Shown here: in pieces, positions 42,527 through 53,245 of the stretch
Layout of the letters: the number at the start of each line of letters is the position of its first letter
How positions within the stretch are numbered: the first letter of the stretch is position 1
Assembly (NCBI GenBank): GCA_016931225.1
Contig: JAFGFE010000026.1
Coordinates: 11,499 to 75,498 of the forward strand
Direction of reading: 5' to 3'
DNA length: 64,000 bases
Origin: Candidatus Zymogenaceae bacterium
GTDB taxonomy: Bacteria > Desulfobacterota > Zymogenia > Zymogenales > Zymogenaceae
Program-made: the position numbers and the translations under genes
Notes under the pieces: model-generated
Told to the model about the DNA's origin: nothing
What the model saw: the letters and a program-made list of their open reading frames with translations, nothing else
Databases searched by the model: none

Positions 42527-42568
42527 GAGAGGGCCGATCAAGAGGGCCGATTAAGAGGGCCGAGAGAA
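42527..42568. repeat. Short imperfect tandem repeat (GAGGGCCGAT[C/T]AA x3), followed by a GA-rich tract, in the atpD-atpC spacer
   Basis: Seen in sequence: gagagggccgatcaa / gagggccgattaa / gagggccgagagaa, then ggggaaacgggagaggggagaggggagg. Confidence 0.5.
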
Positions 42569-42670
42569 GGGCACGAGAGGGGAAACGGGAGAGGGGAGAG
42601 GGGAGGACGTCTCTCTTTTCCAATCGGCACAGCAACAGCGAGAGCGCTTTTTCGGCGCCGTGTGTGAGGA

Positions 42671-43090
42671 TTGAAAAAAATGGGATTCTATCTGGAAATC
42701 ATTACCCCGGATAAAAAATTCGTCAGCGAGGAGGCGGATAAGATTGTGTGCCCCGGTGAGGCCGGGGTATTCTGCGTCCTCCCCGGCCACGCGCCGATGT
42801 TGTCTTTGTTGAAGCTGGGAGAGCTGCGCTACGTCGATTCAACGCGCTCGAACGAGCACTTCATGGTGGTGACCGGCGGTTACGTGGAGGTGACCCAGGA
42901 TAAGGTCTCGGTCCTCGCCGATGAATGCGTTCGTCCCCGGGATATCATCCTCTCCCAGGCGGAGGCCGATATGGCCAAGGCCGAGGAAAAACTCAAAACC
43001 GTGGATAAGGACACCGAGGCGTACCGAAAGGCGAAGTGGAACTTAGACTACGCCCAGGCCGTCGTCAAGTTGGGACAGAAATTACAATAA
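42671..43090 (+). CDS. atpC: F0F1 ATP synthase subunit epsilon
   Basis: 139 aa with a beta-sandwich + helical hairpin pattern; last gene of the operon. Confidence 0.92.
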   Translation: MKKMGFYLEIITPDKKFVSEEADKIVCPGEAGVFCVLPGHAPMLSLLKLGELRYVDSTRSNEHFMVVTGGYVEVTQDKVSVLADECVRPRDIILSQAEADMAKAEEKLKTVDKDTEAYRKAKWNLDYAQAVVKLGQKLQ

Positions 43091-43124
43091 TAAAAAACTC
43101 AAAAACCTTTTTTTGATTGAAATG

Positions 43125-43157
43125 AAAAAGGGGTGGCGATTTCGTCACCCCTTTTTT
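43125..43157. terminator. Bidirectional intrinsic terminator between atpC (+) and the TetR gene (-)
   Basis: aaaaaGGGGTGgcgatttcgtCACCCCtttttt: stem flanked by an A-run and a T-run. Confidence 0.65.
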
Positions 43158-43178
43158 AACGTACTCTTTGATGTCGGG

Positions 43179-43793
43179 TCAGTCAGCAATCGTTCCATAT
43201 AACATGAGATCGGCTATCGCCTCCTTCCTCTCGTCCAACTTCTCCCTGGTAAACTGATCCTCTCCCTCAATCGCTTCTAAAATCGGCGCCAGCAAGAAAT
43301 ATGAAATGCTCAGACCAATACTGGAGATCAAGTAATGTTTCGCACTTTTTTGACGTACGATCTCTCCCGCCAGCTCCTGTTGTTCCGAAATGAATTCTTC
43401 CGTCTGGGAAAAAAAATCTTTCAGGTATTTTTTTGAAATCTTCGATACCCGGTCCGAATCCAGGTTCAGCTCATGTATCATGATCTTGAGGAAATCCCTG
43501 TTGTCGTTGAGAAATTCCATATACCGATATATCATGTCCCGTATAAGCTTACCGTCAAAAACGTCCGTTCTCGGCATTCGGGCAAACTCCCCCATGATGG
43601 AAAAGATCTCCTCAAAGGTCCTGTCCAGAACGACGGCATACAGTTTTTCCTTGTTCTTGAAATAGTGATACAGCGTCGCCGAGTTTATTCCCGCATGTCT
43701 CGCGATCTCTCTGATGCCGACGGCGGAAAATCCCTTCTTGGCGAACGCCTTTTTCGCCGCAGCAATGATCTTTTCTCTTTTTTCTTCACTCAT
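43179..43793 (-). CDS. TetR/AcrR family transcriptional regulator
   Basis: N-terminal HTH GFSAVGIREIARHAGINSATLYHYFKNKEKL. Confidence 0.9.
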   Translation of the reverse strand: MSEEKREKIIAAAKKAFAKKGFSAVGIREIARHAGINSATLYHYFKNKEKLYAVVLDRTFEEIFSIMGEFARMPRTDVFDGKLIRDMIYRYMEFLNDNRDFLKIMIHELNLDSDRVSKISKKYLKDFFSQTEEFISEQQELAGEIVRQKSAKHYLISSIGLSISYFLLAPILEAIEGEDQFTREKLDERKEAIADLMLYGTIAD

Positions 43794-44190
43794 CGCTTCA
43801 CCAATATAAGAGGCATATACTCACCGCCCGTTACCCGTTCTCCTTTTCAGTCCTTCCTCCCCACACCACCATACTTCTCCCGGATCCTTTCACGATCAGC
43901 CGCTTCATCCCCCTCAATTCACCCGCAATCTACTCATTCCCCGCCCCTCGTTGTGAAACGACGGCAAGGGAAAATGTTCAATCAATCGTTCGATGAAATA
44001 TATACCATGAAGGCTTCCGTTCGTCAAGGTTTTTCCGGTTTTCTTTTTTTTATGAATTTATTATGTATCTATCGTGTTGTGTGGGGTGTAATACAATATC
44101 TTTTCACTCTAGAATTCGCATATTAGATTTCCTTCCCCCCTGCCTCTTCCCTCTTTACATATACCATCTTTTAATCATGTAAAAACCAAC

Positions 44191-44230
44191 AAAAAAACCC
44201 CGAGGTTTCGCAAAACCTTCGGGGCTTTTT
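44191..44230. terminator. Bidirectional intrinsic terminator (aaaaaaaCCCCGAGGtttcgcaaaaCCTTCGGGGcttttt) 3' of the AIM24-like gene
   Basis: Seen in sequence. Confidence 0.6.
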
Positions 44231-44244
44231 CCGTTTCATGTCGG

Positions 44245-44922
44245 TTATGATGATTTCGTCGGGATTTTTGGGATCAGCCATGACAAAAACGCCCTTTCGC
44301 TTCGGGTTTGGAGCGCCACCGTCCCCGGTCCGGTCAACTGCACCACCAGGCCCTCTCCGCTAAAAACGGTGCTCTTGAGGCCTCCCACCGTCTTCACCTC
44401 GTAGGAGATGCCCTCATCGAAGGCTACAAGATGGCCGGTATCCACAATATACTGCTGTCCCTGTGCGAGCTTGATCGTGTGGATGGCGCCGTAGCTGGCC
44501 ATGATCAGTGTGCCGGTCCCGCTGACACGGAGCATGAAAAGCCCCTCGCCGCCGAGAAATGTCTTCGCCCCTCCCCACTTGGTATCCACCTCCACCCCGT
44601 CCGATGAAGCCAGATACGATCCCGATTGCACCAAAAGACCGTTTCCCTTCATCTCCGTGACAACCACGTCCCCCGGCAAGGTCGGCGCCAGTGTGATCTC
44701 TCCCCCGCCTTCCGGCGCGGTGTACGTATTCATGAAGAAGCTCTCTCCCCCCAGGGCCGCTCGGGCGAGGGACTTCATAATGCCCCCCCTGGCCTTTGTT
44801 TCCATCTTCATTCCCGCGCTCATGCTCACCATCGCCCCCGCCTCCGTCCTGATCGATTCGCTCGGACCCAGAGCGACGATCGCCAGAGAATACGACGGGC
44901 GATACTTGACGTCTACCTGCAT
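44245..44922 (-). CDS. TIGR00266/AIM24-family protein (DUF124)
   Basis: 225 aa; the Gly-rich beta-rich repeat pattern typical of this family (GGEGLFMLRVSGTGTL..). Confidence 0.7.
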   Translation of the reverse strand: MQVDVKYRPSYSLAIVALGPSESIRTEAGAMVSMSAGMKMETKARGGIMKSLARAALGGESFFMNTYTAPEGGGEITLAPTLPGDVVVTEMKGNGLLVQSGSYLASSDGVEVDTKWGGAKTFLGGEGLFMLRVSGTGTLIMASYGAIHTIKLAQGQQYIVDTGHLVAFDEGISYEVKTVGGLKSTVFSGEGLVVQLTGPGTVALQTRSERAFLSWLIPKIPTKSS

Positions 44923-45061
44923 ATCTTTCTCCCGTATTTAAGTGTTGTTATCTCATTACTCGAGACGGACCGCCGCCTCCCCTCATTGTGTCACTGAACA
45001 TTATCTCACGAAAACCATGCGGCGATCCTTTTTTTCTTCATCGAGGGATGTTCCCTCCCCT

Positions 45062-46201
45062 CTACCGAAGTTTTTCCAGGTTTTCTCGGGCAAGTTGTAC
45101 GGCGGCCTGACGTGTCGTAATCCGTTTCTTTTTACTTTCCTCCACGCAATACCTGACCCCCTGTCGAATGCGGGAGCTGAATTCCCCGAAGACCTCTTCG
45201 ATCTTACATTCTCCGGTCAGAATCAGGCCGAATCCCGCCGCCGCGCCTGCGTTCGCGATAAAATCGGGGATGACCAACACGCCCCTCTTCATGAGCCTCT
45301 CCTGGGCCCCGGTTGTGATGGGTATGTTCGCCCCTTCAAGAACGAGCTTTGCGTTCACCTGTTTGACGTTTTTTTCGGTTATGGCGTTGGCTATCGCCGC
45401 CGGCACGATGATGTCCGCGCCCGAGGTCAGCCACCCGTCCCCCTTCCCGGTTGTGAAATCGAAGTCCAGCTTGTTCCTGTCCACCGTTCCTGCGGCGTCC
45501 CTCGCCTCGATCATCTTTTCCACGTCCAGTCCGTCTTTCGAGATGATGCTTCCCTCAATATCCGTCACGGCGATGATTTTCACACCCCGTCGCGCCAGGT
45601 TTCTGGCGGTGATGGCGCCCACGGTGCCGAATCCCTGCACAGTGGCCGTGGCTCCCTCCAGGGAGATATCCAGAAGTCCCGCCGCCTCGTCGGCCGCCTC
45701 GGCGACGCCGTATCCGGTGATGAGCTCCTCAAAGCTTTCACCTCCCAGGTTTGAAAATTCGATACCCTCGGGCAGCTCCAGGGTAATGCCGAGCTCCCCC
45801 GCCTTTTTCTTGGCGAACGCGATGGGATCAACCCCGGCGTTTTCATTTATGATCCTCACATCCTCCGCGTCGGTTCCCATGTCTTCTGCGGTTATATAAA
45901 TCGTATTGAGGTAGGGTGTGGCGAGCCTCCCGAACGCGGCCGAAGCCTTTCTCTTGTCCGGGGAGCGGGGATCAAACACGATGCCGGACTTGGCGCCTCC
46001 CACCTTCACGCCCATCGCCGCGAATTTGTATGTCATGGTCCTTGCCAGCATCCCGACCTCTTCCAGCGTCACCACAGGACTCATGCGGCATCCACCGCCG
46101 CACACCCCGTTGATGAGCCTGTCAACCACGATATAGGCCGTCACGCCGGTATCCGGATCATGAAGCGTCACCTGATGCACGTACGTATCTTCCTGTTTCA
46201 T
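45062..46201 (-). CDS. Glu/Leu/Phe/Val-family amino-acid dehydrogenase (NAD(P)-dependent)
   Basis: Catalytic-lysine region VKVGGAKSG; Rossmann QGFGTVG; 379 aa. Confidence 0.8.
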   Translation of the reverse strand: MKQEDTYVHQVTLHDPDTGVTAYIVVDRLINGVCGGGCRMSPVVTLEEVGMLARTMTYKFAAMGVKVGGAKSGIVFDPRSPDKRKASAAFGRLATPYLNTIYITAEDMGTDAEDVRIINENAGVDPIAFAKKKAGELGITLELPEGIEFSNLGGESFEELITGYGVAEAADEAAGLLDISLEGATATVQGFGTVGAITARNLARRGVKIIAVTDIEGSIISKDGLDVEKMIEARDAAGTVDRNKLDFDFTTGKGDGWLTSGADIIVPAAIANAITEKNVKQVNAKLVLEGANIPITTGAQERLMKRGVLVIPDFIANAGAAAGFGLILTGECKIEEVFGEFSSRIRQGVRYCVEESKKKRITTRQAAVQLARENLEKLR

Positions 46202-46296
46202 TATTTTCTCCTCGATCTCCCTGACAATTTCCGAAAATCCTTCGGTTCAAAGCGGAATGAGACGACACACCCTTTTTCTTCTTTCCCGTCCGCTGT

Positions 46297-47820
46297 TTAC
46301 ATCCCCTCCCGGTCCAGCGAGCGGTACTGGACCGCCTCCGCCAGATGCCGGGGGAGTATCTGCTCTCCTCCCTCGAGATCGGCGATGGTCCTTGCCACCT
46401 TTATGATCCGGGTGTATGCCCTGGCGGAGAGCTTTAACGACTGCATGACCCGCTCCAGGAGCTTCTCTCCCTCCTTTGTGACGGGGGCGAATATCGCCAG
46501 GTCCTTCTGGGACATTCCCGCGTTGAAAAAGTAGTCCCGCTCACGAAACCTGTGATACTGTATATCCCGTGCGGCGTTCACCCGCTTCCTGATGGCCGTA
46601 GACCCCTCTGATTCCCTCTCCTTCAACTCCCGATATTTCAAGGCCGGCACCTCGATATGAATATCGATCCGATCAAGCATGGGGCCCGACAGTCTCGATC
46701 GATATTTGCGTATCTGATATATCGAACAGGTACAGTCGTTGTTCGGATCGTCCAGATATCCGCAAGGACACGGGTTCATGGCCGCAACCAGCATGACCCT
46801 GGCCGGATACGTGATGCTCATCAGCGCCCGGGAGATGGTGACGGAGCCGTCCTCGAGGGGCTGCCTCATGACCTCCAGGGTGTTTTTGTTGAATTCCGGT
46901 ATCTCGTCCAGAAACAGCACCCCGTTGTGTGCGAGGCTCACCTCCCCGGGAGAGGGAATCTGTCCCCCGCCGATGAGGCCTGCGTCCGAGATGGTATGGT
47001 GGGGCGATCGAAAGGGCCGTGTGGCGATGAGGGGCCTTCCGTCCATCTTGCCGGCGACGCTGTGTATCTTCGTCGTCTCAAGCGCCTCCTCGAAGCTCAT
47101 CTCCGGCAGAATCGTCGGAATTCTCTTTGCCAGCATGGTCTTTCCCGAACCGGGAGGACCGATCATGATCGCATTGTGGCCTCCGGCCGTGGCCACTTCC
47201 AGGGCGCGCTTTGCGTGCGCCTGACCCCTGACGTCGGAAAAGTCGTTGTCGTACCTGTTATGGCTCCGAAACATCTCCCGGCGGTCCACGACGACGGGAG
47301 GGATCTCCTCTTCTCCCCGTAAACAACCCACCGCCTCGGGCAGAGAGCGAATCGGCACCACCGATACGCCGTCCACGACCGCCGCCTCCCGGGCGTTTTC
47401 GGCGGGCACCAGGAGCCGCTCGAATCGATTGTCCCGAGCCGCAACGGCCAGGGGCAGCACCCCCTTGACGGGCTTGAGGCTTCCGTCCAGGGAAAGCTCT
47501 CCGACCATACAGGTGTTTTCCAGTGACTGTTTCGTAATGATTCCCGAGGCGCTCAGTATCGCCACGGCGATGGGGAGATCGAAGGCGGACCCTTCCTTCT
47601 TGATGTCCGCGGGGGCCAGGTTTACGGTGATTTTTTGAATCGGAAAGTCATAGCCCGAGTTCTTTACGGCGGCCCTGACCCGATCCTTGCTCTCCTTGAC
47701 CGCGGCATCCGGCAGGCCCACTGTGGAAAAATGCGGCAGACCCTGGGCAAGGTCCACTTCCACATCGACTATGTAGGCGTCGATACCCAATACCGCGCCG
47801 CTTTTCACCAATGAGAGCAT
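46297..47820 (-). CDS. comM: ComM/YifB-family Mg-chelatase-like AAA+ ATPase
   Basis: Lon-like N-domain; Walker A GPPGSGKT; characteristic family length (507 aa). Confidence 0.9.
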   Translation of the reverse strand: MLSLVKSGAVLGIDAYIVDVEVDLAQGLPHFSTVGLPDAAVKESKDRVRAAVKNSGYDFPIQKITVNLAPADIKKEGSAFDLPIAVAILSASGIITKQSLENTCMVGELSLDGSLKPVKGVLPLAVAARDNRFERLLVPAENAREAAVVDGVSVVPIRSLPEAVGCLRGEEEIPPVVVDRREMFRSHNRYDNDFSDVRGQAHAKRALEVATAGGHNAIMIGPPGSGKTMLAKRIPTILPEMSFEEALETTKIHSVAGKMDGRPLIATRPFRSPHHTISDAGLIGGGQIPSPGEVSLAHNGVLFLDEIPEFNKNTLEVMRQPLEDGSVTISRALMSITYPARVMLVAAMNPCPCGYLDDPNNDCTCSIYQIRKYRSRLSGPMLDRIDIHIEVPALKYRELKERESEGSTAIRKRVNAARDIQYHRFRERDYFFNAGMSQKDLAIFAPVTKEGEKLLERVMQSLKLSARAYTRIIKVARTIADLEGGEQILPRHLAEAVQYRSLDREGM

Positions 47821-47835
47821 ACCATTGAACGCCGA

Positions 47836-48297
47836 TCAGAAATTTCCGGCCATCTGGAGGAAGGCCTTCAGTTTGTCGTTTGTCTCCCTGAGTCGAGAAG
47901 AAAGGGTGCGCACGAATGCCCAGAGCATTTTGTATGCGATGTCTTTATCGAAGAATAACAGGTTATCAAAGTCTTTTTTGTAAATGGCAAAAAGCTCGGT
48001 TTCCGCATGTATAATTGCGTCGGCAGATCGGGGAGCGTCGTCGATGAGGGCCATTTCGCCGAAATAGGTTCCCTCTTCAAGAATGGTCAGGGCTTCCTCC
48101 CCGGTTCCGGCGATGTTCTGGCTGATCCGTACCGCTCCTTTTCGGATGATATAGAACCGATCGCCCTTGTCACCCTCTTTGAATAACATGTGTCCTTCGG
48201 GAAAGGTTTCCGATACCACTATCTCAGAAACCTTCTTTATTTCCTCCTGGGAGAGGTCTTCGAAGAGATAAATATTCTTGAGCAGCGCAGGATCCAT
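47836..48297 (-). CDS. Stand-alone cyclic-nucleotide-binding domain protein
   Basis: cNMP-binding signature FGEMALI..RSA; 153 aa; no DNA-binding domain. Confidence 0.8.
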   Translation of the reverse strand: MDPALLKNIYLFEDLSQEEIKKVSEIVVSETFPEGHMLFKEGDKGDRFYIIRKGAVRISQNIAGTGEEALTILEEGTYFGEMALIDDAPRSADAIIHAETELFAIYKKDFDNLLFFDKDIAYKMLWAFVRTLSSRLRETNDKLKAFLQMAGNF

Positions 48298-48436
48298 GTA
48301 AAATCCTCATATTTGTGGTATCTAATATATAACAAATGGCGGGTGAAAACACAACGAAAATCAGGCTGTGCGGATCTCACCCGATCAACATGCAAACTCC
48401 TTTACAACAAATTCCCGCTCTGATATATTAGGTAAC

Positions 48437-49000
48437 ATGGATATCTCTCAAAAGATGGCTCTGCTGGAAAAGAAACTCAACGAGCTCAAGACCGGGTATG
48501 ATAAATATTTCACGGGCGTCGAGCGCATTGAGCCGGTCCGTCTTCGGGAAGAGGTCCAGCGGATGATCCGCCAGGCCGGCACATGGCACATCACCAATAC
48601 CGGCCTGAAATTCAAGCGCGATAACATCGTCGCCCAGTTCAATTCCTATACCCAGTACTGGAACCGCATCCTGCGGCGCATCGAGGACGGCACCTACGAG
48701 CGGGATGTGTTTAAAATGAAGCTCAAGGAACGAGCCGGCTCCATGAACCAGACAAAACCGGCCGCATCCGGGTCCCCGAATAAACAATCGGGCGACGGGT
48801 ACGACTCGGTGTATAACGACCTGATGAACGCCCGTAAAAAGGCGGGCATCCCCACAAATTCCATGGATCGCAGCGCCTTCGAGGAAAATCTCAGACGCCA
48901 ATCCGAAACCATCAAGAAAAAATACGGCGCGTCCCGGGTGGATTTCGTGGTGGGAGAAAAAGACGGCAAGCCTGTCGTCAAGGCGGTACCGAAGAAATGA
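48437..49000 (+). CDS. Hypothetical protein (187 aa)
   Basis: ORF from ATG 48437 (MDISQKMALLEKK...); charged/coiled N-terminus; no family recognised. Confidence 0.5.
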   Translation: MDISQKMALLEKKLNELKTGYDKYFTGVERIEPVRLREEVQRMIRQAGTWHITNTGLKFKRDNIVAQFNSYTQYWNRILRRIEDGTYERDVFKMKLKERAGSMNQTKPAASGSPNKQSGDGYDSVYNDLMNARKKAGIPTNSMDRSAFEENLRRQSETIKKKYGASRVDFVVGEKDGKPVVKAVPKK

Positions 49001-49200
49001 GGCATCCCGTGCCGCCCCTCCCGCGGCCTTGAGACCAGATATCACACCATACCGGCACCATCGACATCTGACGTGCGGCGAAATGCGAGCCGTATCCGAA
49101 TCGCCGGAGGGTATTCCGTCAACAGTGTCTCCCGTTCATCGTTATGACCCTCCCTTTTTATTATGTTTCCTTCTGCGACGACTCCATCCAGCCGGACCGC

Positions 49201-50334
49201 CTAAGGCTTTACGGTCCTTCCCTTCCACTGAATGGTGCCCGTGCCGGACACTTTTCCGATCGCTCGAAATATTGTCACGATCCACGCCAGCGCCGCCAGG
49301 GGCACAAGGAGCGCCCGACCGAGGGTGAGACCGTATCGTCCCGTCGCCGTCAAGTACATCACGGCCCCCAGCAACACGTTGGCGATCGGCACCATGACGC
49401 CGAAGAGGGTGTGCACGTCTCCCATGAGATACGATACAAGCTGCAGCCACGGCAGAACGAAGAGAACAAAAGAAATCGCCGCGAACGATATCGACAACAT
49501 CGCCGAGCGGGACGCCGTCGATACGTGGTGCCGTATCAACCCGTCCCACAGGTTCGGCGGCGGGCCGTAGGGCCTGACCCGGCATAACGACTCCCCCGAG
49601 AGCAATCCGATCTTCCCGCCCTTCGCCTTCACCTCCCGTGCCATCACCTGGGCCTCACGTATGGTTTCGCTGGCTTTGCTGTGGCCGCCGATTCTCTTAT
49701 ACATCTCCCTCTCCAGCAGAAAGCAGCGATTATGTGCGTGGGCCACCAGCGGTTCCCAGGGCCAGTTCATGGCATACGCGGGGAACAACAGATAGAGGTG
49801 AAAATAGATGAACGGCGTGACGAGGTTTTCCCAGAAGCTGTCCGTGGAGAGCGCCGGGAGCATCGAAACGATGCCCGCCCCACGCTGCGTGGCGGCGGCC
49901 AGGAGCATGGCCAGGGCCCTCCGGGTCAGGATCACGTCCGCGTCCAGAAACAGGAGGTATTTCCCCTTCGCGTTCTTCAGCGCCTCGTACTGGGCGTATG
50001 GTTTCCCGAACCAGTGGGGGGGGAGCTCCCTGCCCCTGATAAGCGTGACGCTCGGCTCCGTCAAGGCGATATCCGAAACCACCTGGGCGGTGTTGTCCGT
50101 GGAGCCGTCGTCCACGACGATGATTTCGAATTTATCGAAGCTCTGGGCAAGGATTGATTTGACGCAGGCGCCGATGGTCCTGGCTTCATTTCTCGCCGGT
50201 ATGATAACCGATACCGTGGGGAGAAAATCCTTCGGGATGGCCACCGTCGGCTCCCTGATGGACATGCGGTTTGCAACGACCTGCACCAGAAACACCATCA
50301 TGATGACAAAAAGTATCAAGTCTACGGGATTCAT
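49201..50334 (-). CDS. Family-2 glycosyltransferase, membrane-integrated
   Basis: VSVIIPARNE..VVDDGSTD..LFLDADV (DXD) plus N- and C-terminal TM helices. Confidence 0.85.
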   Translation of the reverse strand: MNPVDLILFVIMMVFLVQVVANRMSIREPTVAIPKDFLPTVSVIIPARNEARTIGACVKSILAQSFDKFEIIVVDDGSTDNTAQVVSDIALTEPSVTLIRGRELPPHWFGKPYAQYEALKNAKGKYLLFLDADVILTRRALAMLLAAATQRGAGIVSMLPALSTDSFWENLVTPFIYFHLYLLFPAYAMNWPWEPLVAHAHNRCFLLEREMYKRIGGHSKASETIREAQVMAREVKAKGGKIGLLSGESLCRVRPYGPPPNLWDGLIRHHVSTASRSAMLSISFAAISFVLFVLPWLQLVSYLMGDVHTLFGVMVPIANVLLGAVMYLTATGRYGLTLGRALLVPLAALAWIVTIFRAIGKVSGTGTIQWKGRTVKP

Positions 50335-50420
50335 GCTGTCTTTCGCTCAAATGGTTTGAATGATACGGTTTGTTATCTTACATCGTATGCACACAACCGG
50401 TCAATCTCTTTTCGCGGTCG

Positions 50421-51854
50421 CTATTCGTTCTCTATTCCCGCAAGCTTCTTGACCAGTCTCTTTTTTTCCTCGATGTCATAGGTCCCCATAATGGCGATGT
50501 TCTCCATCACCGGTGAGCCGCCGCCGTGCACGCCGGCATACTGAAGGACGCCCCCCAGGGCGGAAACCGTCATGTCCGATATCGCCCGAAAACAGCGATA
50601 CTGGTCCTCGGACGAAATATCATCCACACGCTTGAGGTATTTTTTCAGCAGATCCCCCACCTCCGGACTTATAAATTCCGTATCATAGGGGAGCGTCGCC
50701 GGCAACCCCCCGGCCAGATCGCACAGAATCTCGTATTCATGGTAGATATTCATCCCGGCGTGGCGCCGTCCCGCATTGCAGTAGACCACATTCGGGATGC
50801 ACGTTCCCGACGGGTGCGCGGTGCTTTCAACGGCCGCGGCCACTCCCGCGGCGAAGGTCAGCTCCGCCACGCTGACCATCTCCGCCAGCTTGTCCCGCAC
50901 GTGGGTCGATTTCTCGATGCCGTTATATTCCGACACCAGGGCCGCGGCCCCCATCATGATGTCCGTGATCGCCGGCTTGCATCCGGTATAGCTGTGTCGG
51001 TGGAAGAGGGCGAAGAGCAGCGCCAGCTGTCCCCCGTATTCGGTTTCGCCGCAGAGAAACACCCTTTCTGAGGGAATGAATACATCGTCGAAGACGGTCA
51101 TCGAGTCTGCGCCGCCGAAGAGCGTCATCGGCGCGTCCAGCTGGGGCACCCGCTCCCGCACCGTGGTGGTCCTGGTCAAAAGCTTGACGCCCTTCGTATC
51201 CGCAGGGATCGCGAAGGCCACCGCCCAGTCCCCCTCCTCGCTTGTCAGGAAACGGGTCGGTATGGCGATAATCTCCTCGGCATAGGGAGCCATGGTGTTG
51301 TGCGCCTTGGCGCCCCGTACCACGATGCCGTCCTTTTTCCTCTCGACGATCCTGAGGTAGAGATCCGGGTCGGTCTGCTGGTGGGGTCGTTTTCGCCTGT
51401 CCCCCTTCACGTCGCTCTGGGCGCAGCAGCCGACGGTGTTGTTCTCCTGAAACTCCCTTAAAAACGCCTCGAAGCGCTGATGATAATCGGTTCCTCGATC
51501 CTGGTCGCACGCGTAGGTGACGGCGGAGAGTGCGTTCACGGCGTCGATGCCCATACACCGCTGGATGCATCCGCCGCAGCGCTGGCAGAGGATCCGCGTC
51601 ATTTTCTGTTTTTTCAAAAGATCGTCGGCGTTTCGGTGGATATGCGTGAAGCGATTGACGGGTTCCCCGCTCAGGTGCGATTGGGCGAACATCAGGTCGG
51701 CGATATCTTGATCCATCTGGGCGTCGAATGTGATGCTGACGGTGTTCATTCCGGGATATAGTTTCGGATCGTCCCTCCCCACCACGTCCCCCCCCAGGTA
51801 GATATTTTTCTTCATGCCGTACAGGCTTTCAAAATAGTCTTCCCGTGTCCTCAT
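50421..51854 (-). CDS. 4-hydroxybutyryl-CoA dehydratase / 4-hydroxyphenylacetate hydroxylase (HpaB/AbfD) family protein
   Basis: DPDLYLRIVERKKDGIVVRGAKAHNT closely resembles the AbfD core as I recall it; a Cys cluster CQRCGGCIQRC is also present. Confidence 0.7.
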   Translation of the reverse strand: MRTREDYFESLYGMKKNIYLGGDVVGRDDPKLYPGMNTVSITFDAQMDQDIADLMFAQSHLSGEPVNRFTHIHRNADDLLKKQKMTRILCQRCGGCIQRCMGIDAVNALSAVTYACDQDRGTDYHQRFEAFLREFQENNTVGCCAQSDVKGDRRKRPHQQTDPDLYLRIVERKKDGIVVRGAKAHNTMAPYAEEIIAIPTRFLTSEEGDWAVAFAIPADTKGVKLLTRTTTVRERVPQLDAPMTLFGGADSMTVFDDVFIPSERVFLCGETEYGGQLALLFALFHRHSYTGCKPAITDIMMGAAALVSEYNGIEKSTHVRDKLAEMVSVAELTFAAGVAAAVESTAHPSGTCIPNVVYCNAGRRHAGMNIYHEYEILCDLAGGLPATLPYDTEFISPEVGDLLKKYLKRVDDISSEDQYRCFRAISDMTVSALGGVLQYAGVHGGGSPVMENIAIMGTYDIEEKKRLVKKLAGIENE

Positions 51855-51865
51855 GATCTTTCTCC

Positions 51866-52795
51866 TTATAGATTGAATAAGGTCCGGGCGTTCCCGCCCA
51901 GTATCATGTCGATCTCTTCTGCCGTCAGGCGGTGATGCGGGTCCGGTTTCGTCTCCAGGTCGCGAATCGCCTGGACGTAGTCCGGCTCCGGCAGCACCGG
52001 CCAGAGGTATGGATTGTCGGTACCGAACAGGACCCGCTCGGGACCGAAGTGCGCCACGGCGTCCTTCACCGCGTGGGCGAATTCATGATATCGATCCCTG
52101 GCGGTGGTCTGCCACGCGGCGAGGTCGACATACAGATTCGGGCGGTTCATGCCCAGGGCGAAGAGCTGGTATCGGTGTCCGTATCCCATGTGGGCGGCGA
52201 TGACCGGCACCTCCGGAAAGCGAAGGAGCATCTCGTCCAGATAGATCGGATCGCAGTACTTGCTCTTCGTGGGCGGGATGCTGGCTCCGGTGTGGCTCAG
52301 GATGGGAACGGAATGCTTCGCCGCCAGCTCCGCCAGCGCCAATGTCTCCTTCTCCTCGGGATTGAAGCCGCTCCCGGGGTGTATTTTTATCCCCCTGGCT
52401 CCGTGGTCCGTAAGGCCGGTGGCGACCAGCTCTTTTGCGTTTTTTCTCCGGGGATCCACGGAGACGAAGGGGATGATTCTCTCCGGATATTTTTCCGCCA
52501 TCCGATACACGATGGCGTTCTGTTCCTCGATGTTTTTCCTCCCCTCCCCGGCGATCAGCCCCGTATCGAACAGCAGCATCACGGTCTTGTCGATACCCGC
52601 TTCGTCCATCGCCGCGATGTGACGCATACCATCGGCATCAAAATATGCGGGCATGATCGAATCGACCACCATGTCTATATCCGCCTCCACCCCCATGCGC
52701 CGGAGTATGGGCAGCGCCATCCGGGCGAAGCTTCTCCAGTAGCGGTCGGAAAAAAAATCTCTGTCAATAATATGCCTGTGAACATCAATAATCAT
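51866..52795 (-). CDS. Amidohydrolase-2 (TIM-barrel metal-dependent hydrolase) family protein
   Basis: MIIDVHRH N-terminal metal-binding motif. Start set at the internal ATG ~52795, which is preceded by a perfect AAGGAGGAA RBS; the ORF extends to 52954. Confidence 0.8.
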   Translation of the reverse strand: MIIDVHRHIIDRDFFSDRYWRSFARMALPILRRMGVEADIDMVVDSIMPAYFDADGMRHIAAMDEAGIDKTVMLLFDTGLIAGEGRKNIEEQNAIVYRMAEKYPERIIPFVSVDPRRKNAKELVATGLTDHGARGIKIHPGSGFNPEEKETLALAELAAKHSVPILSHTGASIPPTKSKYCDPIYLDEMLLRFPEVPVIAAHMGYGHRYQLFALGMNRPNLYVDLAAWQTTARDRYHEFAHAVKDAVAHFGPERVLFGTDNPYLWPVLPEPDYVQAIRDLETKPDPHHRLTAEEIDMILGGNARTLFNL

Positions 52796-53245
52796 GGTTC
52801 CTCCTTGCAAAAGGAAAAGCAGACGCGTCCCTCCCGGTGTCGGGGGATAAAATTCGCGCAGTCGATGGTGAAACACTAATCGGAATGCCCGGGCAATTGA
52901 TTGAAGAGAAGAGGTGTCAATAGTGGGGAATGCATGTGTGAAGCCGCCGGGCATTATGTACCGGACGCTTCCATGCCAGTGTAAAAGACCGACTCTTCGT
53001 TGTCAAGGATTCAGCTCTTGTATGATGAAATACGCACCCTCGTATTTTTCTTGAAAACTATACATTTCTTTATTATACTTATTTAATTATGCTGTAACAA
53101 TGTGACGGCGGTCATGGCCCATGTGGTCCCGGCGGTGGTATGGTTGTCGTGATATGATTGATTGACGCCGATACAGCTCCCGCTGTTTTGGGTTGTCTGC
53201 CGTTTGGCTGTTTTACCGAAATTTAGAAATGTCAGGAATAAATCT

